Below are positions 40,882-49,801 of a DNA stretch of 64,000 nucleotides, one piece after another. The position numbers were made by a program, and so were the translations under genes. Every line of letters begins with the position of its first letter. Position 1 is the stretch's first letter. Under the pieces are notes generated by a model. That model searched no databases, was not told the DNA's origin, and was given only the letters and a program-made list of their open reading frames with translations. The stretch lies in sequence record NC_049340.1. The stretch is one strand, 5' to 3'.

Positions 40882-40923
40882 TTAGTTCTAAAACACGGTG
40901 GTACCACCGTGTTTTAGAACTAA
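40882..40923. repeat. 42-bp perfect palindrome
   Basis: ttagttctaaaacacggtggt|accaccgtgttttagaactaa. Confidence 0.9.
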
Positions 40924-41162
40924 AAAGGTCGTAATATTAACAATCTTGTTAACTGGTTTTCAAAATTGTCTTATTATAAATGGTTGAAAATTTTTGAATT
41001 TGAAAAAGGGAATGTTGGTAAAAAATATTTTTATCATACTTCTACAGGGTCTTATGGTTTTTGTTGATTTAAAAAATCTTATGAAGATAAGATGAATAGT
41101 GTTCCTGAGAAACACAAAGGATTTTTGCGAAATCAATTTAAACGATTATATGGTAATTAGGA

Positions 41163-41231
41163 TTTGTGTATGCAAATCATTTTTCTTATATTTGAATAAT
41201 CAAATTTTGAACAACCATACATATATAAATA
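41163..41231 (+). promoter_or_regulatory. Sigma-A promoter followed by ATACATA and TATAAATA
   Basis: TTTG 41163-66, 20-nt spacer, TATATTTG 41187-94; ATACATA 41217-23; TATAAATA 41224-31. Confidence 0.65.
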
Positions 41232-41240
41232 AAGAACACT

Positions 41241-41549
41241 ATGAGCAACGTAAGATATAAATCATTAATGGAGTCTGTAAAAAATTCTTTCTTTAAGGAA
41301 GAAATTAAAGATTTTTATCCGTATTTATGGGAAGATATGGAAACTTTAATTAAGCCATTATTAGATACTAGATATAAAGTAACTTATGATAAGAAAAATG
41401 ATATATTTTTTATTTATAAGGGTGGTAAAGAAGTTATCAGATATGATAGATATGATATGATTTTATATACTGATATTCCAAAGGCTGATATTTTTATGGA
41501 TGTTCAGTATAACAAGAAATTAGATAAACTTAAAAAACATTTCAAATAA
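41241..41549 (+). CDS. Hypothetical protein (possible head-packaged protein)
   Basis: N-terminal MSNVRYKSLMESVK. Confidence 0.65.
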   Translation: MSNVRYKSLMESVKNSFFKEEIKDFYPYLWEDMETLIKPLLDTRYKVTYDKKNDIFFIYKGGKEVIRYDRYDMILYTDIPKADIFMDVQYNKKLDKLKKHFK

Positions 41550-41552
41550 GAT

Positions 41553-42110
41553 ATGAAGTCAAAGACATTACGTGAGTTTGCTAGTGATGAAATCAAAGCA
41601 ACGTTAAAGGAAGAGGGTGTTATTAAGAGAATTAAGAAAGGTTCATCAAGATTAAAGAAAGCTGGTAGTAAAGCTGTAAAAGGTGTTAAGTGGTTAACAT
41701 CCGAGAACATTAACGAGGCTGTTGTGTTTAGTATTAAAGGTATTGGTGAATACTCTTTTATGGTATTTGATGCTGATGATGTTAAGACCGCAGAGGCACA
41801 GGAAGTTGCTCAAATGTTAAGTGTTTCTGTTGCTGATGTGGTTGGTGTTAGTTCAAAAGATAATCCAACACAATACACAAAGATAAGTAAGTTAATTACC
41901 AGCGCACAATTTAAAGAGGCACAACGTTCAGAATTGTATGAGGATTTAACTTGTAGTGGTATTCTTACATGTTTCCGTACAGGTGTTAAGATTCCTGTAG
42001 TATTTTCATTCTATGATAATGGAAACAATGTACCTACTGCTATTGTATTTTGTGCAGTTAATGATAAGCAAAGTTTAAAACAAATATTAAATAACACACC
42101 ATACGTGTAA
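41553..42110 (+). CDS. Hypothetical protein (possible head-packaged protein)
   Basis: N-terminal MKSKTLREFASDE and internal ENINEAV. Confidence 0.7.
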   Translation: MKSKTLREFASDEIKATLKEEGVIKRIKKGSSRLKKAGSKAVKGVKWLTSENINEAVVFSIKGIGEYSFMVFDADDVKTAEAQEVAQMLSVSVADVVGVSSKDNPTQYTKISKLITSAQFKEAQRSELYEDLTCSGILTCFRTGVKIPVVFSFYDNGNNVPTAIVFCAVNDKQSLKQILNNTPYV

Positions 42111-42167
42111 CAAGTTCACCGAAATCTGCCGTTTACTGGGATTTTTGGTTTTTACTCGACAAGGTGG

Positions 42168-42196
42168 AAAGGGATGGCATTAGCCATCTCTTTCTT
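42168..42196 (+). terminator. Intrinsic terminator
   Basis: aaagggatggc-atta-gccatctcttt then cttaattt. Confidence 0.6.
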
Positions 42197-42255
42197 AATT
42201 TACATATACATTGTTTAATACATATAATATAAACTTAAATAAAATTATACAAATT

Positions 42256-42528
42256 ATGGCAAAATCAAAAACACGTAAAGGACACCGTAAAAGAGTTGCT
42301 AAAAGAAATACACAAGTAAAGGCAAACACGAATAGATTATTCAAAGAGTTTGAGAAAAATATGGAACTTGCAAAGACTCAAAGAAATTTAGAGCGTGAGT
42401 ATACAAAAGAAATTGCCAAGGAAAATACTGCTGGTGAATCAGCAGATGCTTTAAAAACAACCGCACCTGATATTGGATTAGATACTACTAGTGCAATGTT
42501 AAACGCTATGAAAACAACAATAGACTAA
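42256..42528 (+). CDS. Hypothetical protein with basic N-terminus
   Basis: MAKSKTRKGHRKRVAKR. Confidence 0.7.
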   Translation: MAKSKTRKGHRKRVAKRNTQVKANTNRLFKEFEKNMELAKTQRNLEREYTKEIAKENTAGESADALKTTAPDIGLDTTSAMLNAMKTTID

Positions 42529-43305
42529 ATGGATACACAAGACTTACTTAAACAAATAAAAAAAAAGTCTTGGATAATACATACCGAATTAAAAAACGAG
42601 GGTCGAACAACTTTATCAACGTATAAGATGTTCGACCTTTTAAGTAAACCAAAGGATTGGGAAGATATCGCTAAATGCGTATCAGAAAATCCAAACCATG
42701 AACATTTCGGTAAATCAGTTCAAGATATTTTGGATACATGGCAATCCAAATCAAAGAAAGGTGCAGACCGTGGAATGACATTAGATAGGTATATAATAGC
42801 TAAGATTAATGGTATTACATTGAATGTTTCAACAATGGATGAAGCAGAACAAAAGAAATGTAAGCAATTTGATTTGTGTTATGATAGTATGTTATCAAAG
42901 ATTCCTATTATTGGTCAAGAGATTTGGTTAAATTCACGACTTGGGTTAAAGGTTAGATTAGATGCTTTATTCACAATACCAAACTCAAAGAATCAACCAA
43001 GCGCATTAATTATTGATTGGAAGAACAACGAGAACATTTCAATGACAAATAAGTGGCAGATGATGCAAGGAACACTTAAAGGTATTGAAGAATGTGACAT
43101 CAACAAAATGACCCTACAAACACACATATACAGATATATTTTAGATGAGTATGGAATTTTTAATGATATTAGAACACGAGTATTCCAATTCACAACCGAA
43201 GAATATAAAATACATAAAGAATCATTTATGTATGATAAGGACTTAATCGAAAGGACTGTTAAATATTGTTTTAAAGAATTAGAAAGACGTGAGAACAAAG
43301 GTTAA
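42529..43305 (+). CDS. PD-(D/E)XK (Cas4/RecB-like) exonuclease
   Basis: QEIWL...VRLDALF...IIDWK...QTHIYRYIL. Confidence 0.8.
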   Translation: MDTQDLLKQIKKKSWIIHTELKNEGRTTLSTYKMFDLLSKPKDWEDIAKCVSENPNHEHFGKSVQDILDTWQSKSKKGADRGMTLDRYIIAKINGITLNVSTMDEAEQKKCKQFDLCYDSMLSKIPIIGQEIWLNSRLGLKVRLDALFTIPNSKNQPSALIIDWKNNENISMTNKWQMMQGTLKGIEECDINKMTLQTHIYRYILDEYGIFNDIRTRVFQFTTEEYKIHKESFMYDKDLIERTVKYCFKELERRENKG

Positions 43306-43629
43306 TCACATTAGAAATGTATATGATGTTTATATAGGTCGTGCGAGATATTGTGACCGACTAAATAATGACCCAATCACATACGATACTGATTTAAATT
43401 ATCTATCAAAAATTGGATACTTCTCTAATCCATATAAACTAGAACCAAACGCACCCTTGGTGCTACACTTCCGCAATTCAGAAAGTATTTTTATCATAGG
43501 TTGAAAACTGATGATGTATTTAAACATCATATATACCAACTAAAAGGAAAACAACTAGGGTGTTTTTGTTCACCTAGTACATGTCATGGCTCAATAATAT
43601 GTGAATATTTGAATAAAATTTATAAGTAG
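43289..43629 (+). CDS. DUF4326-like protein (apparent 1-nt deletion at 43454-56)
   Basis: DVYIGR..FSNPY; corrected C-terminus LKGKQLGCFCSPSTCHG. Confidence 0.7.
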
Positions 43630-43631
43630 TA

Positions 43632-43655
43632 AATCCGCACCAGTTGGTGCGGATT
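43632..43655. terminator. Intergenic hairpin
   Basis: aatccgcacca-gt-tggtgcggatt then ctttattt. Confidence 0.65.
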
Positions 43656-43704
43656 CTTTATTTGATACTACATTGTTTAATACTTAAAAATAATATTTAT
43701 ATAA

Positions 43705-44679
43705 ATGATAGATTTACCAAAAGATGAAAAACTAGTAGTTATTATCAATGGTCGTCCAACAGCAGGAAAAGACAAATTTGTTGAGTATGTGAGTTCTAAT
43801 TCAGATATGATAAACAAAAAAGTCGGTAATTATAGCTCTGTTGGCAACGTAAAGGCATCTGCATCAATTTTAGGATGGGATGGTACAAAGACTGATGATA
43901 ATAGAAATGCACTTTCCGAACTTAAAGTAATTAGTGAATCGTTATGGAACGGAACTACCAATTATATGTTAAATATGATTGAGAATAATAACAACCACAT
44001 TACATTCTTACATATTCGTGAGATTGAAAGTATTAATAAGATGGTTGGTGTATGTAATGAAAACGGATATAAAGTTATTACATTATATGTTGACCGTGAT
44101 GTTGAAGTAACTGCCGATAATGAGGGTGACTGTGATGCATTATATCCTGAGTTATATCCATATGCACATATTATTGATAACAATAATACATTATATGACT
44201 TAGAAAACAAAGCAAAGAATTTCTTATTATTTGTTAGTGATTTAAGTAAGATTCCAACACAAACAAAGATTGAATTAAAAGACCCTAAAGAATTAGATGT
44301 TGTTTATGTGTCTTTGAGTGGTACATTTGATACTTATGGTGAGTTATTAAATGCGTGTGGTAATATTAATGTAATTAAAGAGAATTTAGCTAGATTTTCA
44401 GGTGCTAAGATTATCAGCGAACATTGCGACAACAGACACGAAATTATGCAACGTGAATGGAAGTTTCCAGTAGATTTTCCACACAATGAATTACCTAGAT
44501 TCGGTTCAGTTGGTGTATTTGATTATGACTCTAACTGGAATAGTTTAGTAGGATTGTTGAGACTTTCTGAATATGATGGGACAGTTTATCTAAATGACCG
44601 ACAAAAGACCTTTGAATGTGTTGCATTACACATACACAACACAAAGGATATTGAAGATATTGACTTACCAAATATGTAA
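43705..44679 (+). CDS. P-loop nucleotide kinase-like domain plus unknown C-terminal domain
   Basis: VVIINGRPTAGKD; FLHIRE; IIDNNNTL.DL, as in phage dNMP-kinase-like proteins. Confidence 0.65.
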   Translation: MIDLPKDEKLVVIINGRPTAGKDKFVEYVSSNSDMINKKVGNYSSVGNVKASASILGWDGTKTDDNRNALSELKVISESLWNGTTNYMLNMIENNNNHITFLHIREIESINKMVGVCNENGYKVITLYVDRDVEVTADNEGDCDALYPELYPYAHIIDNNNTLYDLENKAKNFLLFVSDLSKIPTQTKIELKDPKELDVVYVSLSGTFDTYGELLNACGNINVIKENLARFSGAKIISEHCDNRHEIMQREWKFPVDFPHNELPRFGSVGVFDYDSNWNSLVGLLRLSEYDGTVYLNDRQKTFECVALHIHNTKDIEDIDLPNM

Positions 44680-44683
44680 TAAA

Positions 44684-45154
44684 ATGAAACAAACAAAAAT
44701 TATTTGTGGTTTCCCTGGCGTGGGTAAATCACACCTTTATCGAAACCAAATGAAATATGGTTTAAAGATTCTAGATAGTGATAGTTCAACATTTGATAAG
44801 ACAGAATTTCCTGATAACTATATCAAACACATCAAAGAAAATATTGGTAAAGCTGATGTTATTTTAGTATCATCACACAAAGAAGTTCGTGATGCATTGG
44901 TTGCCGAGAAATTACCACATTACTTTGTACATCCTTGTATTTCTATGAATATGGTTTATAAAAAACGCTATGAGGATAGAGGAAGTGATGAAAAATTCAT
45001 CAATCTTATAATGAATAATTGGGATACTTGGATTCGTGAAATACTTGATGAAGAACCATCAATATATAGAACTAATATTAAAATTGTCTATGATACAATG
45101 ACAAATGTTGTTACTAGTTTATTTAATATTGAAACCCCAAATGATATTGAGTGA
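44684..45154 (+). CDS. Small P-loop kinase/ATP-binding protein
   Basis: IICGFPGVGKS ... LDSDSS. Confidence 0.75.
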   Translation: MKQTKIICGFPGVGKSHLYRNQMKYGLKILDSDSSTFDKTEFPDNYIKHIKENIGKADVILVSSHKEVRDALVAEKLPHYFVHPCISMNMVYKKRYEDRGSDEKFINLIMNNWDTWIREILDEEPSIYRTNIKIVYDTMTNVVTSLFNIETPNDIE

Positions 45155-45428
45155 AGACCACATTAAACAACATGGTTTTGAATCAGCACTAAAGGCATAT
45201 AATGAAGATGAACTATTAGAACTTTTAAAGAAATCAGTATATGATTTAAATCTAACATTACATGAGGTTAATAATAGAGGTATGTTTGTTACAGTAGCAC
45301 AAACCACACAACATTCAGAAAGTCCTAAATACCGACACGATATAACAGAAATTAGAAATATTAAATTAGTATCACTTGATAAAAATTTATACAGAAAATC
45401 ACCACTAAACAAATCAAATGAAAAATAA
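45141..45428 (+). CDS. Hypothetical protein
   Basis: ATG at 45141. Confidence 0.6.
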   Translation: MILSEDHIKQHGFESALKAYNEDELLELLKKSVYDLNLTLHEVNNRGMFVTVAQTTQHSESPKYRHDITEIRNIKLVSLDKNLYRKSPLNKSNEK

Positions 45429-45870
45429 TAAATTAAAACATTTTACGGATGCTGTAACAGCATTCCACACAGCATTTAACGCACCAGTATCACACGAACC
45501 AACATTAATTACAAAAGACCGTTCGGATTTACGTTTTGAATTAATGCGTGAAGAGAATCAAGAATATGCGGATGCGGTAAAGGATGGTAATTTAATTGAA
45601 GTTGGTGATGCCCTTGGTGATATGTTATACATTCTTTGTGGTACTATTATCGAACATGGAATGCAACATAAAATTACTGAGGTGTTTGATGAGATACAAG
45701 CATCTAATATGTCTAAGTTGGGTGAGGATGGTAAACCAATCTTACGAGAAGATGGTAAGATTTTAAAGGGTAAGAATTACTTTAAACCAAACATTGCACA
45801 ATTCTTTGAGAGTATATATGTAAAGGAACTTAGATATTTATTAGATGGTAGGATTGCAGATAACAAATAA
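45418..45870 (+). CDS. MazG-like/PRA-PH-like nucleotide pyrophosphohydrolase
   Basis: LMREENQEY..EVGDALGDMLY..EIQASNMSK..REDGKILKG. Confidence 0.85.
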   Translation: MKNNKLKHFTDAVTAFHTAFNAPVSHEPTLITKDRSDLRFELMREENQEYADAVKDGNLIEVGDALGDMLYILCGTIIEHGMQHKITEVFDEIQASNMSKLGEDGKPILREDGKILKGKNYFKPNIAQFFESIYVKELRYLLDGRIADNK

Positions 45871-45921
45871 TTCACTATATTTGTCATGTAAATGTGAAAC
45901 ATTAGTGATGGCTACGCCATC
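45853..45921 (+). promoter_or_regulatory. Sigma-A promoter plus GATGG..CCATC leader hairpin (copy 3)
   Basis: TATATTTG 45876-83; gtaaatgtgaaacattag, then gatggc-tac-gccatc 45907-21. Confidence 0.7.
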
Positions 45922-45942
45922 TAATAATTAAAACACCGAGTT

Positions 45943-46218
45943 ATGGCAAGCGACAAATTAATAACAATAAGAAACAAAGAGTACGTTATTTTAGCAGAGA
46001 AACCAAATAAGTATGAGAATCTTTATAAAGGTTGTGATACTGAGGTTTTGTTAGGTATACGTGGTAAGCGTGGTAATTTATTAAAAACCCTTTACACTTC
46101 TGCATATGATGCTAAAACTGGCAAAACGTACATTCCGCTTGCATATCCATTTGCAACACTTCAAGAAATAATAAATTCTGAAAATAGTTGCGGTTGGAAT
46201 ATTTTAACAAAAAACTAG
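45943..46218 (+). CDS. Hypothetical protein
   Basis: 91-aa ORF after the leader. Confidence 0.7.
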   Translation: MASDKLITIRNKEYVILAEKPNKYENLYKGCDTEVLLGIRGKRGNLLKTLYTSAYDAKTGKTYIPLAYPFATLQEIINSENSCGWNILTKN

Positions 46219-46286
46219 AAATTCTTTTGGATTTCTAGTTTTTATTATTTATATTTGTAAGGTAAATGAGTGATGGTTAACCCATC
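46210..46286 (+). promoter_or_regulatory. Palindrome-embedded promoter plus leader hairpin (copy 4)
   Basis: aaaaactagaaat..atttctagttttt; TTTG 46226-29, 20-nt spacer, TATATTTG 46250-57; gatgg-ttaac-ccatc 46272-86. Confidence 0.7.
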
Positions 46287-46303
46287 CATTAAAAATAAAA
46301 CAG

Positions 46304-46630
46304 ATGAAAAATTTATTAGTATTAAACGTAGTTAATGTTGCAGAAGAAACAAACATAGCTAACATGTTAAGATTAGATGTTAGTTATAATAATGTTAATT
46401 TAGGTTCTGTGGTTTTGTTTGATTTTAGTAAAGATTTTGATAGATTAGAATCATCATTAAAAGACTTATTAACACTTAGTGATAACGAGATTCAAGAACT
46501 TTCATACATAAATTGTGAGAATACTTTATCTATTGAACAAGGTGTATTGACCATTGATGATGACAATACAGGTGATATAAATAAGGTAACACTAAAAGAC
46601 GTAACCACAATATTTATAAACAAAAACTAA
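46304..46630 (+). CDS. Hypothetical protein
   Basis: 108-aa ORF. Confidence 0.7.
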   Translation: MKNLLVLNVVNVAEETNIANMLRLDVSYNNVNLGSVVLFDFSKDFDRLESSLKDLLTLSDNEIQELSYINCENTLSIEQGVLTIDDDNTGDINKVTLKDVTTIFINKN

Positions 46631-47061
46631 TGAAAAAGTTCACCAATTATGCTAAGTTAATCGTTGAAGATTTACGTGAATTATCAAAGATAAAGACTAA
46701 ATTAACTGTAAATACTATTGTTTATAGTTCTGCTCATGGTGATGAGCGAAAGTCTAGAGATTTAAAGAATTTGATTGATGATTCAGAAATTATAAAATCA
46801 ATTCAACGTGCATTTCCAAAATTACATGATTCTATATTGAATGGTATTTTAAGGGTTGATAGAAATCCACCAAAAACAAAAGGTAAATACAATCCACCAA
46901 CGGATACTATTTTCGGAATCACAGATACAAAGAATGATTTAAATATTGTGGCAACCTTAGCAAAGAGTGAGGATTATAAAACAATTAATGCGGTTATCAT
47001 TACCGTAATTAAAAAGAAAGGTTTTGTATTTAAAAATTTAGCCGTACAAATAGAAGTTTAA
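46630..47061 (+). CDS. Hypothetical protein
   Basis: 143-aa ORF; N-terminal MKKFTNYAKLIVE, SAHGDER, C-terminal ITVIKK. Confidence 0.7.
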   Translation: MKKFTNYAKLIVEDLRELSKIKTKLTVNTIVYSSAHGDERKSRDLKNLIDDSEIIKSIQRAFPKLHDSILNGILRVDRNPPKTKGKYNPPTDTIFGITDTKNDLNIVATLAKSEDYKTINAVIITVIKKKGFVFKNLAVQIEV

Positions 47062-47080
47062 CGTAAATAATTTATTCAGA

Positions 47081-47509
47081 ATGGAAATTACTATAAAAAA
47101 TTTAAAATTAGTTGATTCAATAATTACACAAAAACTAACAGAAGACCACATAAAAAACACAGTATCTACTGTACTATTACAGGGTATTAAAAATTTACAA
47201 TTCACATACGAAAATGAATTAGGCGAAACATATTTAGAAAGTGTTGTGTTAAATTTCGAAGTTGTTCGAGATAATGATGGTGATTTTAGAGTTGTTTTTG
47301 ATGATAATTTATATTTATTTGATGATACAAATAGAAGAAGTCTAAATGGCATTTATGTAGTACCAGTTATTGACTCAACATTCAGTAAACTAATGAAATA
47401 TTCTTTTGTTGATGGTGCTGAAATTAGATTTTATGAAATATTCCATTCAAATCTTAGTGAATTTATTAATGGTATGGTTGGGGTTAAAGTTACAAACGAT
47501 GACATCTAA
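47081..47509 (+). CDS. Hypothetical protein
   Basis: 142-aa ORF. Confidence 0.7.
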   Translation: MEITIKNLKLVDSIITQKLTEDHIKNTVSTVLLQGIKNLQFTYENELGETYLESVVLNFEVVRDNDGDFRVVFDDNLYLFDDTNRRSLNGIYVVPVIDSTFSKLMKYSFVDGAEIRFYEIFHSNLSEFINGMVGVKVTNDDI

Positions 47510-48101
47510 ATACACCGAGGTTAGATTATTCTTTGAAATACCTACAGAATTTAATAAGGTAGAAACCCATCGTGTTTTATTAAAACTAAATGTAGTTTTA
47601 GAATCTAATTCGGATGCAGATAACCACCTTTCTGATATAAATAAAAAATGGATTATTGATGAGTTAAATTTCTATGATGGTATAAATAATTGGGATGTTT
47701 ATTCAACAAAGGTTGTTGATGGTCACCTAGAGGAAGAAAGTGCCTCATTTATCATACGCAAGACCAAAAAACAGATGTTAGCAGAGAAGTTATTAGCAGA
47801 GAAGAGAAAAGAACATTCTACTGTATTAAAAACCAAGCCTAATTTTGATGGTGAGTATGTTATATTTGGTTCATATAAGTATGATTTATACACTTTATCA
47901 TATCTTTGGGGTCGATATACTAGAAACGAAAAATATAACGATAATGGGTTGTATTTGGGTAAGCGTGATCGAACAGAAGTTATTGAAGAACCAAAACTAA
48001 CTGCTGGTATATTTATATTCTGTTATGATGGGTATAGATACGAAGTTAAAATAAATAGATATATTGCACATTCGGTATATAAAGTCGAAGAGCAATATTA
48101 A
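47499..48101 (+). CDS. Hypothetical protein
   Basis: ATG at 47499 overlaps the previous stop region. Confidence 0.65.
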   Translation: MTSKYTEVRLFFEIPTEFNKVETHRVLLKLNVVLESNSDADNHLSDINKKWIIDELNFYDGINNWDVYSTKVVDGHLEEESASFIIRKTKKQMLAEKLLAEKRKEHSTVLKTKPNFDGEYVIFGSYKYDLYTLSYLWGRYTRNEKYNDNGLYLGKRDRTEVIEEPKLTAGIFIFCYDGYRYEVKINRYIAHSVYKVEEQY

Positions 48102-48110
48102 AAATAATTT

Positions 48111-48188
48111 AAAAAGCATTTGGAATATCCAAATGCTTTTTGTATTTTGTATAGTAAATGTGAAACATTAACTATGGTGAAAGCCATC
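48111..48188 (+). promoter_or_regulatory. Palindromic promoter plus leader hairpin (copy 5)
   Basis: aaaaagcatttgga-ata-tccaaatgcttttt (48111-41); gtaaatgtgaaacattaac, then atggt-gaaa-gccat. Confidence 0.65.
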
Positions 48189-48207
48189 TAATAATTAAAC
48201 AGACGAT

Positions 48208-48936
48208 ATGTTAAATATAGGTTTTTCTAATAAGTATTTTACCCTGTGGGATGTTTGTGAATCAACCGAATATAATTCTAATGGGTTACCATATAAAACT
48301 ACAAGTTATATGTATATCCAAAACTTATCCATTGATAAAGATTCTGCTTTAAATAAAGCATATAATTTAGGATGTAAATCTAAAATTGTTGACTATTCAT
48401 TAAAGGGTACTAAGGGATGGATTACAAAAGAAAAATTATATTCAGATATACCAAAACATTTAGCACCATTTTTTATGTTTGGTAAATACTGTGATGAGAA
48501 TATTTTTGATTGTACAGACTACAAGTATTTATATTGGTACTATTCGGAAACTAATAACATTCCAGCTAAAAAAGTTCTATTGAATAATGGATATTTTGAA
48601 CATAATGGGGATTTATTATCTGAATCTGAATATAATAAAATCAATAAACTAAATAAAATTATATCAAATATTGGTGATACTATCATAATAACGTGTGATA
48701 GAAATTTAAAAGTTGATGATGATTATAACGCATATGGATATTTTGAAGTATCAGATGATATAAAATTACCATTTTACTTTAATGATTTCAAAGTATATGA
48801 TTATCGTGGTATTGAGTATGCATTACCAACAATAAACGGTGCTGGAAAGAGGATAAAAAACAAACAATTAGAAATTAAAGTATCGGAAGTAACTTCTGAT
48901 GTTGATATAATTGTTGAATCATTTAAAATATTTTAA
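48208..48936 (+). CDS. Hypothetical protein with FGKY-type domain
   Basis: FMFGKY...DYKYLYWY motif. Confidence 0.65.
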   Translation: MLNIGFSNKYFTLWDVCESTEYNSNGLPYKTTSYMYIQNLSIDKDSALNKAYNLGCKSKIVDYSLKGTKGWITKEKLYSDIPKHLAPFFMFGKYCDENIFDCTDYKYLYWYYSETNNIPAKKVLLNNGYFEHNGDLLSESEYNKINKLNKIISNIGDTIIITCDRNLKVDDDYNAYGYFEVSDDIKLPFYFNDFKVYDYRGIEYALPTINGAGKRIKNKQLEIKVSEVTSDVDIIVESFKIF

Positions 48937-48943
48937 GAAATAA

Positions 48944-48975
48944 TTTGGATATTCCAAATACTTTTTGTATTTTTG
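48944..48975 (+). promoter_or_regulatory. Sigma-A promoter with TTGGA-N3-TCCAA palindrome
   Basis: TTTG 48944-47, 20-nt spacer, TATTTTTG 48968-75. Confidence 0.7.
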
Positions 48976-49007
48976 TATAGTAATAATTAAACAATAAATA
49001 AAATCTT

Positions 49008-49799
49008 ATGAATACGTACAATTACTTAAAAGATATGCCTATTTCAGAGGTGTATAATCGAGTGGCTAAAATTGATTTTAGCCACTTCACAAAACAATGT
49101 TCAAATAGACCAAAAGAACTTGGATACACTAGTGTAAACGAGTATAACGATGAACTTAAATACTTGGTTAAATTGTCTTGGTGTCTAGTTTATGAAGCAC
49201 TAGGGCTACCATGGGGTAACAACATCAATATTAAATCACATGGCAGATTTGGTGACACAAATTTCAAAACACGAATAGAACCATCTGTAAGTGGTGAGTT
49301 AGTTAATGTTGCTGTAGTTGATTATTATTTGATGAACTTATATTCAATGTTATTAATTAATGCATATGGTATTGAGTATGGTATACCACATTTTGGTGAA
49401 GTTTATGAGTTGATGGTTAAATTACGTAAATATTCTAAAAAGATTGAATATTTAGGTGAAACTGGCAGAAACTTAACATATGATTTGAAGTGTTTAATTA
49501 ACGCATCATATCTATACATCACACATCATAAATTTCAAATTGAAAGGTATGGTAAAACAACAAATAACATATTTAACGACTTATATAATGAGGTTATTGG
49601 TGATGTTTTGAAGAAATATAAGAATGATGTTTTGATAATGGATATTGACCATATTGTTTTAGTTAATGGTAGTGAGGGTCATATGAAGTTAAAGCAGATT
49701 ATAAAGGATAACAAAATAAAGTATCGTAAGAAAGTTTATAGAGCGTTCGAATATATTGTATACAATAAAATAGATAGGTTTAATAACAAAAAGAAATAA
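49008..49799 (+). CDS. Stand-alone divergent family-B DNA polymerase palm/fingers-like protein
   Basis: EPSVSGELVNVAVVD..MNLYS (motif A), KCLINASY (motif B) and IMDID (motif C) in correct order. Confidence 0.5.
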   Translation: MNTYNYLKDMPISEVYNRVAKIDFSHFTKQCSNRPKELGYTSVNEYNDELKYLVKLSWCLVYEALGLPWGNNINIKSHGRFGDTNFKTRIEPSVSGELVNVAVVDYYLMNLYSMLLINAYGIEYGIPHFGEVYELMVKLRKYSKKIEYLGETGRNLTYDLKCLINASYLYITHHKFQIERYGKTTNNIFNDLYNEVIGDVLKKYKNDVLIMDIDHIVLVNGSEGHMKLKQIIKDNKIKYRKKVYRAFEYIVYNKIDRFNNKKK

Positions 49800-49801
49800 T
49801 C

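Noticed and set aside
40911-40922. GTTTTAGAACTA resembles the start of a type II-A CRISPR repeat
   Set aside because: Single copy forming one arm of a palindrome; no repeat-spacer array and no cas operon.
42173-42188. Sixth GATGGC..GCCATC hairpin
   Set aside because: It lies after a gene, is followed by a U-tract and lacks the upstream promoter and conserved flanks. It is treated as a terminator, not a leader copy.
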